From positions 1-36,360 of the forward strand of contig JBMYOQ010000041.1 of NCBI GenBank assembly GCA_049599475.1: DNA of 36,360 bases, written 5' to 3'. Both the position numbers and the translations under genes were made by a program. This document shows positions 26,628 through 33,292 of this stretch, in pieces; positions within the stretch are counted from its first letter, which is position 1; the number at the start of each line of letters is the position of its first letter. The stretch is from Opitutales bacterium. Its GTDB lineage: Bacteria > Verrucomicrobiota > Verrucomicrobiia > Opitutales > JABSRG01. The notes beneath the pieces are model-generated. The model searched no databases, was not told the origin of the DNA, and worked only from the letters and a program-made list of their open reading frames with translations.

Positions 26628-28088
26628 TCAATACCAAGGGTAGATGCCGCCTTTACCATCGATGGGCGCGAGCTTCTTTTTTCTAAAGCGTTTCGATGGG
26701 TGCACGATTACCGCTTGATGATCCGGGAGCCTGAGGAGTTTTTCGGGCTTTACGTAAAACTCTTGTTCTTGGCGTCTACTTACTGTGACTTGCCCTAGCG
26801 GCTTTGAAGAGCGTGTTTGCTTCCAGATCGTGCGTTTGCCAATGAATTTCGCACTCAGCTCCGCATCATCGGCATCAGCGGCGCGGAAGATGAAGCGGGT
26901 GCGGAGATTGAGTGAAAGAACCTTACGTTTGCGTTCGCCGATGGCTGGATCTGCTGAGAGCTCGGATTGCATGCCCGCGATAATCGCTGTCTTGGCGGAG
27001 CGGATACGGTCGACGATTTTGTGGTCTGAAATACCGTCCTCGCTGGATGTCACGAGATCTTGAAATTCGTCGGCTACGAGCAGCAGCAAGTTCTCATTTC
27101 TGCGTAACGCATCCAGTTTATCCAGCCGAGAAAGCGCTTGGTTGTAAAAGAGCATCTTGAGGTAGGTTTGAACGTAGCGACGCTCACTTGCTAGGGATTG
27201 CGGCATCGTAATAGTTATTACTGCGCCGTTGTTAACCTCGTTGAACGAAAAAGTATTCGGCAAATCACTAGAGAACACTGCCGCAACATCTGGATTGGTG
27301 AAAAACCCAAGGTATGTTTTTATGGTGCCTTCGATCGCTTCACGTTGTTCGTAAGCCTTGGCATCGATGAATGAGGTCTGGAAGAACGCGATGAGCCTCA
27401 ATCGCTCAGGAGTAGGCTCCAGCCGTTTTAGGCGTTTTATAAATTTGGCGGCAATTTCTTGGGATGTGAGCAAATCGTAAGTCCGGGTGAGGGTTACGGG
27501 TAAGCGCAATTCATCGATGAGCGCGAAGGCATTGGCCATCGCTATTTGAGCCATCGGGCGAAAGAACGCGTGTTGCTGTCCGTCTGTCATGCTTGCCGCG
27601 ATATCCACGATGTATTTTGCGTGAGTCATCCATGGTATCCGACGGTCACTAAGAAGATTAAAACGGTGTGGAGGTATCCAGTTTGTGGATACAGCGGTGG
27701 GGCGAACTTGTAGGTCGATCAAATCATCTTTGCGTCCTGCATGATCGAGCAGTTCAGAAATATATTCTGACTCATCGCCTTTCACTCCCAACACGAGGCC
27801 ACCCCAGTTTGGCACATTTTTACTGATTTGAAATAAGATGGTGTGGAAGCCACTGGTCGTCTTGCCGCAGCCGGTATCACCGCTTAGCAGGCAATGCCGG
27901 AAAAGTTCTTCGGCTGTCCAAGTCAGAGAACCAAAACGCAGCAATACGCGGCGTGTTTTGATCAGCAAAACACAATACCCGCCTACGGCGGAGAAACCAA
28001 GGAATGCGATGCCTAGATCGCCGCCTGTGTATCGAAAAACAAAAAAGCCGAGCAAGAGGAGCCCGGCCGCAATAAGGGATTGTATCAT
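26628..28088 (-). CDS. virD4: Type IV coupling protein (VirD4/TraG/TraD family)
   Basis: Two N-terminal TMs, Walker A GDTGCGKTT, GGLVLGVKGD, FNLL, Walker B LLVADEFQ, RIRSA...GMQS, FIGK. ATG 28088 lies 1 nt after the upstream stop. Confidence 0.87.
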   Translation of the reverse strand: MIQSLIAAGLLLLGFFVFRYTGGDLGIAFLGFSAVGGYCVLLIKTRRVLLRFGSLTWTAEELFRHCLLSGDTGCGKTTSGFHTILFQISKNVPNWGGLVLGVKGDESEYISELLDHAGRKDDLIDLQVRPTAVSTNWIPPHRFNLLSDRRIPWMTHAKYIVDIAASMTDGQQHAFFRPMAQIAMANAFALIDELRLPVTLTRTYDLLTSQEIAAKFIKRLKRLEPTPERLRLIAFFQTSFIDAKAYEQREAIEGTIKTYLGFFTNPDVAAVFSSDLPNTFSFNEVNNGAVITITMPQSLASERRYVQTYLKMLFYNQALSRLDKLDALRRNENLLLLVADEFQDLVTSSEDGISDHKIVDRIRSAKTAIIAGMQSELSADPAIGERKRKVLSLNLRTRFIFRAADADDAELSAKFIGKRTIWKQTRSSKPLGQVTVSRRQEQEFYVKPEKLLRLPDHQAVIVHPSKRFRKKKLAPIDGKGGIYPWY

Positions 28089-28089
28089 T

Positions 28090-28536
28090 TTACCTGAGAA
28101 ATAGAAAATATAGAGTTGCAGCGCTGACCAATGCGCCCGTGGCAAACGGAAAGACCCAGCCTAAGCGGCTGGGTCTTTCGGCCGCGGCATCAGCTTGAGT
28201 CCGTATGATGCGTTTCAGTGCAGTTTCATGGTTTTCCAGACGCTCGGCCATACGGCGGAGGTCTTCGTAGGAAGGGACAGACTCTTTGATCGCGTCATGA
28301 ACAACTGTTTTGAGTTCTTCATTGCTGCCACGTGGGGCGCTGGATTTAAGGATCTCTTGAATATCTTCTGGGACCCGTTGCCAAAGCAATGTCATGAATC
28401 CAATTGCTTCGAGGACTTGAAGGTATTCGTCATCTTGTGGCACGCTCTTGAACCTTGCGCACATCAATAGAAAACGTTCTCGTTGTTCGGATGGGAGCAG
28501 TTTGGCTACCTCTTCAAGTGTACTTGACGCACTCAC
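28090..28536 (-). CDS. Helical protein with C-terminal membrane anchor (StbC/TraM-like by position)
   Basis: C-terminal TM WVFPFATGALVSAATLYFLFLR; GTG 28536 just after the upstream stop; third gene of the HTH-ATPase-membrane triad. Confidence 0.5.
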   Translation of the reverse strand: MSASSTLEEVAKLLPSEQRERFLLMCARFKSVPQDDEYLQVLEAIGFMTLLWQRVPEDIQEILKSSAPRGSNEELKTVVHDAIKESVPSYEDLRRMAERLENHETALKRIIRTQADAAAERPSRLGWVFPFATGALVSAATLYFLFLR

Positions 28537-28541
28537 AACCA

Positions 28542-29267
28542 CTAGGGAACAAGGATGTCTTTTGCAGATGTGAAGCCATCCCAAAGTTCTTTGCTGTAGG
28601 CCTTTGCGCGGGTGAGAATGCGTGTTTTTTGAAAATACGGAATATCCACCTGACGATCGATGATCTGCTGAAGCGTGACCGTATGGTTGCGGATCTCCGA
28701 TTGGATTTCCTGGATACGCGCCTGCATGCTGATCACTTTGGGGGCGAACGCTGCTTCAAATTGGGCGACAGCGGGCTCTTGATGCCAGTATTCAAACTTG
28801 CAGTCCTTTTCGCGTAGTGCATTGAGCACGACAAGGTATTCGACATCGTCTTGGAGATGGTCCGCCCATTTCAAGACCGACTGCACCGCGCCTGCCTCAT
28901 TGTTTGTTACGCCGATTGCGGTGAAATGAATTCCGAGGGATTTTGCCTCGCTGGCGACCTCTTCGAACCACTGGTAGGTGGAAGTTCCAGCCCCGGAGCC
29001 CAGGTCCGCAATGATCACCTTGCTCTCATCGCTATCACAAATATCGAAAAAGGAATCGAGAGCTCCCTCAGCATGGACGTCATATTTCTCCGCCTCTGGG
29101 TAAAAATTTTTGAGCCCTGATTTATTGGTATTCTCAATGTCAAAATCGAGAAGAATGGGGTCGAAACCCTGTGAGTGATACCAAGGGATCAGTGCAAACA
29201 CGACTTCGCTTTTGCCGACTCCGCCTTTCCCGCCCTGTGTGAATACAATACGCTTTTTATCAGTCAT
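28542..29267 (-). CDS. ParA/MinD-like ATPase (StbB/TraL-like)
   Basis: Deviant Walker A GGKGGVGKS, LLDFDIEN, IIADLGSG, YLVVLN; 241 aa. Confidence 0.8.
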   Translation of the reverse strand: MTDKKRIVFTQGGKGGVGKSEVVFALIPWYHSQGFDPILLDFDIENTNKSGLKNFYPEAEKYDVHAEGALDSFFDICDSDESKVIIADLGSGAGTSTYQWFEEVASEAKSLGIHFTAIGVTNNEAGAVQSVLKWADHLQDDVEYLVVLNALREKDCKFEYWHQEPAVAQFEAAFAPKVISMQARIQEIQSEIRNHTVTLQQIIDRQVDIPYFQKTRILTRAKAYSKELWDGFTSAKDILVP

Positions 29268-29314
29268 AATTAGAAATCTTTGGATTTCTAACTAATGCGT
29301 TGTTTATCCCTGAA

Positions 29315-29668
29315 CTATCCGGACACATTTCGATTAATTTGAATGGGCTTGGATGCGTCGTAGCTGAATTTTTTCTTTCGCCGTTTTTTCATTGGAGCGG
29401 GCTCTGAATTCTGCGTAGGACGGCTGTTCTGGATATCAGTGCTTGCTCTGTGAAGGCGCACTTCTGTTGCGGGTGGGCCTTTTGAGATATTTCGAACTTT
29501 GCAGAACTGCCTGACGGCCTCACCGGAGATTGAAAAATTGCATTCTTCTGCGAGCCATTGAGCGATCGCATCATGCGGCCAGTTCAGAGACCTCATTTCG
29601 ACGATGTCATCTCTCCAAGTTTCGAGCTTACTCACGTTGGTGCGCTGGTAAGGTGTATGTTTTTTCAT
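29315..29668 (-). CDS. Small HTH-type DNA-binding protein (StbA/TraK-like by position)
   Basis: SKLETWRDDIVEMRSLNWPHDAIAQWLAEECNFSISGEAVRQF HTH-like pattern and basic tail. ATG 29668 chosen because the longer ORF runs through the repeat array. Confidence 0.55.
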   Translation of the reverse strand: MKKHTPYQRTNVSKLETWRDDIVEMRSLNWPHDAIAQWLAEECNFSISGEAVRQFCKVRNISKGPPATEVRLHRASTDIQNSRPTQNSEPAPMKKRRKKKFSYDASKPIQINRNVSG

Positions 29669-29689
29669 ACACTGATATGCGTCAATAGC

Positions 29690-29761
29690 CTTGGAATGAC
29701 CTTGGAAAAGTCTTGGATGCTTACTTGGGAAACCCTTGGAGGGTGCTTGGAGAACCCTTGC
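29690..29761 (+). repeat. Seven CTTGG direct repeats at 11-12 bp period
   Basis: CTTGG at 29690, 29701, 29712, 29724, 29735 and 29746, and CTTGC at 29757; spacings 11, 11, 12, 11, 11, 11. Confidence 0.85.
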
Positions 29762-29777
29762 CGGACACATGCCCCCT

Positions 29778-29812
29778 CCTAAGCGCGCAGCGCTTAGGGT
29801 ATTGTGTCTTGG
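29778..29812 (+). other. oriT: Candidate MOBF-type oriT / nic site
   Basis: Inverted repeat CCTAAGCGC-GCA-GCGCTTAGG (29778-29798) followed by G-TATTGTGT (29799-29807), a 7/8 match to TATTGTCT that follows the hairpin at the R388 nic (recalled sequence). A MOBF relaxase is encoded in the same element. Confidence 0.65.
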
Positions 29813-29924
29813 AAATTCTAGAGCCTGAGATTACGGAAAGAGAGCGGCTCTGTGGATGCGGATCTGATAATATTCAAATGATATCGTCGCGGGAGGTTAT
29901 GGTTTTCGGATCCCAATGAGCACA

Positions 29925-29982
29925 ATAACCGATAAATTGATAGACAGGATAACCGATATTTTGATAGGCTTGATAACCGATA
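29925..29982 (+). repeat. Three ATAACCGATA direct repeats at 24 bp period upstream of fic
   Basis: ATAACCGATA at 29925, 29949 and 29973, with TTGATAG in both intervals. Confidence 0.8.
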
Positions 29983-30018
29983 CACCCGTTGTGGGTTCGA
30001 ACTACGAAAGGAAGTATT

Positions 30019-31542
30019 ATGGCAACACCTGCTGAAAACCTAGCTAAGTCTCTAGAAGCCCTCAAGAAGCTTCAAAGCCAGAGCGAAGGCATCGCGATTC
30101 GCTCGCGGGATCTCTCGCGGACTGATCGGGAGCGGCTTACGGATAATGGCTTTCTGAAGGAGGCTATGAAGGGCTGGTATTATCCGACGAGCCCTAACGA
30201 GCGGCTTGGGGAGAGCACGGCGTGGTATGCTGCTTTTTGGCCGTTTTGTGCGGCTTACCTTGAGGAACGCTTTGGAGCAGACTGGAGCTTGTCTCCCGAG
30301 CAATCGCTGTTGCTCCATGCGGGAAACCTCACTGTGCCGCCGCAGCTTCTGGTGCGTGCAAAGAAGGCCGGTAAAAAGATTATCCAGCTTCCCCATAAGA
30401 CCTCATTGCTCGATGTTGCAGCTGCGTTGCCTCCTGAAGGGCATGCTGATACTCTTGAGGGGCTACGCGTATTTTCATTGGAGGCTGCTCTCATATTCTG
30501 TTCGCCGGGATTTTTTGCGCAGCATGCAATCGATGCTAAAGCTGTCCTTGGGAAAATTCAGGACTCTTCCGCTTTACTGGCAATGCTACTTGAGGAGGGG
30601 CGCAGCCGCATCGCGGGGCGCTTGGTTGGAGCGTTACGCCATATTGGGCGAGAACGCATCGCCGATGACATGCTAAAGACGATGGAGTCGGTCGGTTACA
30701 CGGTTAATGTGAGCAATCCTTTTGAAGATGAGCAAACTATTCTTAGTAGGACTGTTTCGGAACCCGCTCATGTCACTCGCTTAAGGATCATGTGGGATTC
30801 GATGCGTGACCCCGTAATCGCAAATTTTCCAGAAGCTCCTGGGCTTCCACAGGATGTTCAATCATATTTAGAATCGGTAAATGAAATTTACGCGAACGAT
30901 GCCTACAACTCGTTGTCCATAGAAGGCTATCGTGTGACGCCAGACTTGATTGAAAGAGTAAAGAGCGGGCGATGGAATCCGGATCAGGATCGCAGTGATT
31001 TCGAACAACGAGATGCATTGGCCGCACGCGGATATTGGCAGGCGTTTCAAGGTGTAAAGAAAAGCGTGGAAGCAATTTTGAAAGGTGGTCTAGCGGGCGA
31101 AGTAGTCGACCAGGATCATGGAGACTGGTATCGCGAACTCTTCGCGCCGAGTGTCACAGCGGGAATTATTCGACCTTCAGATCTCGCCGGTTACCGATCC
31201 AATCCCGTTTACATTAGGCAGTCGATGCACGTGCCGATGAACTTTTCTGCTGTGCGCGATGCGATGCCGGTGTTTTTTGAATTGTTAAGCAAAGAAGAGA
31301 ACGCAGCCGTCAGGGTTGTCTTAGGACATTTTGTTTTCGTGTATATCCATCCATACCCAGATGGAAATGGCCGTATCGGGCGATTTCTGATGAATACGAT
31401 GCTGGCTTCTGGAGGTTATGATTGGCTGGTCGTTCCTCTCGAGCAACGCGAACGCTACATGCGATCTCTTGAAACTGCGAGTGTACAGCAAAATATAGTG
31501 CCTTTCACTCAGCTATTGGCTGAACTGCTGGATATGCAATGA
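30019..31542 (+). CDS. fic: Fic family protein (class II-like) with large N-terminal extension
   Basis: Canonical Fic motif HPYPDGNGRIGR (31348-31383); inhibitory (S/T)xxxE(G/N) motif SLSIEG (30910-30927); ATG 30019 with upstream AAGGA. Confidence 0.9.
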   Translation: MATPAENLAKSLEALKKLQSQSEGIAIRSRDLSRTDRERLTDNGFLKEAMKGWYYPTSPNERLGESTAWYAAFWPFCAAYLEERFGADWSLSPEQSLLLHAGNLTVPPQLLVRAKKAGKKIIQLPHKTSLLDVAAALPPEGHADTLEGLRVFSLEAALIFCSPGFFAQHAIDAKAVLGKIQDSSALLAMLLEEGRSRIAGRLVGALRHIGRERIADDMLKTMESVGYTVNVSNPFEDEQTILSRTVSEPAHVTRLRIMWDSMRDPVIANFPEAPGLPQDVQSYLESVNEIYANDAYNSLSIEGYRVTPDLIERVKSGRWNPDQDRSDFEQRDALAARGYWQAFQGVKKSVEAILKGGLAGEVVDQDHGDWYRELFAPSVTAGIIRPSDLAGYRSNPVYIRQSMHVPMNFSAVRDAMPVFFELLSKEENAAVRVVLGHFVFVYIHPYPDGNGRIGRFLMNTMLASGGYDWLVVPLEQRERYMRSLETASVQQNIVPFTQLLAELLDMQ

Positions 31543-31787
31543 GCGATGTAACGATTATTGATATTCCACAAGAGACAATGCGGATTTTGTGCGAAGGGGC
31601 CGCAAAAGCTGAACTCACCTTGGAGGAATACGTCCGTGGGATTTTGTATGATGCGGCGCTGTCAAAACATATGGGGAGTGGTGGTGACTTATACACTCTG
31701 AGTCGTGAGCTTTTTGATTCAAAAAGAGGTGTAGAACTCGAATTGCCAGAACGTTTTTCCCAGAGAGAGGGTGCGAAATTTGATTAA
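31539..31787 (+). CDS. FitA/Arc-like ribbon-helix-helix protein (antitoxin-like)
   Basis: MSDVTIIDIPQETMRILCEGAAKAELTLEEYVRGIL and GVELELPER patterns resemble FitA-type antitoxins; ATGA overlap with fic. Confidence 0.6.
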   Translation: MSDVTIIDIPQETMRILCEGAAKAELTLEEYVRGILYDAALSKHMGSGGDLYTLSRELFDSKRGVELELPERFSQREGAKFD

Positions 31788-31793
31788 GATCTC

Positions 31794-32369
31794 TCAGCAG
31801 AACGCCTCGGGTCTCAACTGTTTGAAAAACTCTACGCGTAGGAAACTGAAGAAGGTGCCCGAGGCGTAGTCCCTCGGTTTGCTTTTTATAACAGGTGCGC
31901 GGAGATCGTAGTTGTCGCAGGGACGGGTGAAATCCGGTCGTTGAGCGTTGATGAAAGTTTTCAGCTGGTTTTCGGTGTAGGTATCCATTTGGGCAGCTAG
32001 CGCTCCCGCAATTTCAAATTCCCGTTGTTGCGTGGCCTTTTTCTTAAATATGGCAGCATCACGAACTCTTTCTTGGCGCGCGGCCTCTTTGCGCTGTTTT
32101 TCGATTTCAATTCGGCGCGTTCGCTCCAGTTCGCGCTCGGTCCGTGTTTTGTAATTTTCGGGCGGTGCGTAATCTCTCTCGATGCTCAGGTATAGGTATC
32201 CGGCTGGGCTCGAAATGTTGCCTGGGCGTTCGGATAATAAGTATTCTAGGACATCGATTTTTGACTCGATGAATTCTGCGGGCTTTTGCGCCAGTAGCGT
32301 GCGTGCCGAATGGTCGTGGATGCCATATGAGCAAAGTTTGCTGTAAAGGGGATGTGTATCGGTATTCAT
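31794..32369 (-). CDS. Hypothetical protein resembling the C-terminal domain of replication initiator proteins
   Basis: LCSYGI...ARTLL...IESKIDVLEYL...ISSPAGYLYLSIERDYAPP followed by a charged coiled coil. Resemblance is recalled, not searched. Confidence 0.45.
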   Translation of the reverse strand: MNTDTHPLYSKLCSYGIHDHSARTLLAQKPAEFIESKIDVLEYLLSERPGNISSPAGYLYLSIERDYAPPENYKTRTERELERTRRIEIEKQRKEAARQERVRDAAIFKKKATQQREFEIAGALAAQMDTYTENQLKTFINAQRPDFTRPCDNYDLRAPVIKSKPRDYASGTFFSFLRVEFFKQLRPEAFC

Positions 32370-32395
32370 CAGGAGAATCTCTTTTCGAAAAATGA

Positions 32396-32422
32396 TGGGC
32401 CAGCTACTGGGAGGCTGGCCCA
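32396..32422 (-). terminator. Possible intrinsic terminator after the antirestriction gene
   Basis: 9-bp stem TGGGCCAGC/GCTGGCCCA with 9-nt loop, followed on the minus strand by TCATTTTT. Confidence 0.5.
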
Positions 32423-32428
32423 GTTGGT

Positions 32429-32842
32429 TTAGTCAATAAAGCGATAGATCAACGCGCCTTCTTCATGCTCTGAGGCGTAGTCTAGGAGTGCGTGATATTT
32501 CTCCGTGAAACGTCCCGCATCGACTTCCCAAGCAAACGCATTTTGCGCCATGAGGCTGATTGCAATACCTGCAGCATCTGCGCTCATTTCACCTTCGAAG
32601 AAATTGTCGGCCCAAGTCATCTCCAGTTTATCTGATCGGTTGGGTGCCATATAAAAGCCTCCGTTGGATAGATGATAGAAGTGCCAGTGACCGCCATTAT
32701 ATTCATGGCAAGCCTTGTCCATGAAGGTGAAGGTGAGGGCTTCGTATTGTAGGAATTTATTACCGACTGCGTTTGGCAAAAACTCCATGCGAAGTTCCTC
32801 AGGGCATGGTGTTCGGGTAATTGTTTGTTGTGGTTGTGACAT
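32429..32842 (-). CDS. ardB: Antirestriction protein, ArdB/KlcA family
   Basis: YNGGHWHFYHLSNGGFYMAP, MSADAAGIA, YHALLDYASEH and IYRFID signature; AAGGAG SD 8 nt upstream. Confidence 0.92.
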   Translation of the reverse strand: MSQPQQTITRTPCPEELRMEFLPNAVGNKFLQYEALTFTFMDKACHEYNGGHWHFYHLSNGGFYMAPNRSDKLEMTWADNFFEGEMSADAAGIAISLMAQNAFAWEVDAGRFTEKYHALLDYASEHEEGALIYRFID

Positions 32843-32878
32843 TCATAAATCTCCTTTGTTTTGAATGTGTTGAGTGCT

Positions 32879-32898
32879 CTTTGATTATAGCATCAAAG
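32879..32898 (-). promoter_or_regulatory. Extended -10 promoter overlapped by an inverted repeat, upstream of ardB
   Basis: Minus strand reads CTTTGATGCTATAATCAAAG: TGnTATAAT inside CTTTGAT-N6-ATCAAAG. Confidence 0.5.
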
Positions 32899-33019
32899 TG
32901 TCTTTGTTGTGTCTCGACTGCACACATAGGTATGCAGTGTTGACGGTTTATCTCGGTCTCATCGAATCAGCTCCTTTCTAAATTCTCTCGTTCGCATGAA
33001 CCCTTGCCCAGCGGCGAGC

Positions 33020-33180
33020 GTCCTTCCAAAAAAATCATAAAAGCCCCGCGCGGCTTGCCGTGCGGGACACATGAAGGACCTCGATCAAGTTCTGGAATGG
33101 ATCAATAACTTTTGTGGGGGACCGTTAGCGGATGTCGGCAGCTTGCTGCCGCGAACAGCCGCTTACGGGAAAAAGTTATT
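33020..33180 (+). promoter_or_regulatory. Two long stem-loops (ssDNA promoter/ssi-like or structured RNA)
   Basis: GTCCTTC/GAAGGAC enclose CCCGCGCGG-CTTG-CCGTGCGGG (33045-33066); AATAACTTTT/AAAAGTTATT (33104-33180) enclose CCGT/ACGG, AGCGG/CCGCT and CGGCAG-CTTG-CTGCCG. Confidence 0.55.
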
Positions 33181-33292
33181 TTTCCATTACAGGTTTTGAT
33201 ATACGCTGAAAGGGAAGGTTTCTTGCAACGTGCTGCGACAGCAGCTCAATTATTTCGGATATTTTAATCCCTTTTATCGCATTCAACAATGA

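Noticed and set aside
28542..29267. Classical ParABS partition system
   Set aside because: No ParB-type gene; the context (oriT-like site, HTH, membrane protein, VirD4) fits Stb/TraKLM-like modules better.
29669..29770. N-terminal extension of the 151-aa ORF
   Set aside because: Runs through the CTTGG array up to the oriT-like region; the 11-bp period is not codon-compatible, so the segment is better explained as a DNA site.
29690..29982. Repeat arrays as a CRISPR array
   Set aside because: Repeat units (5 and 10 bp) and periods (11 and 24 bp) are far too short, and no cas genes are present.
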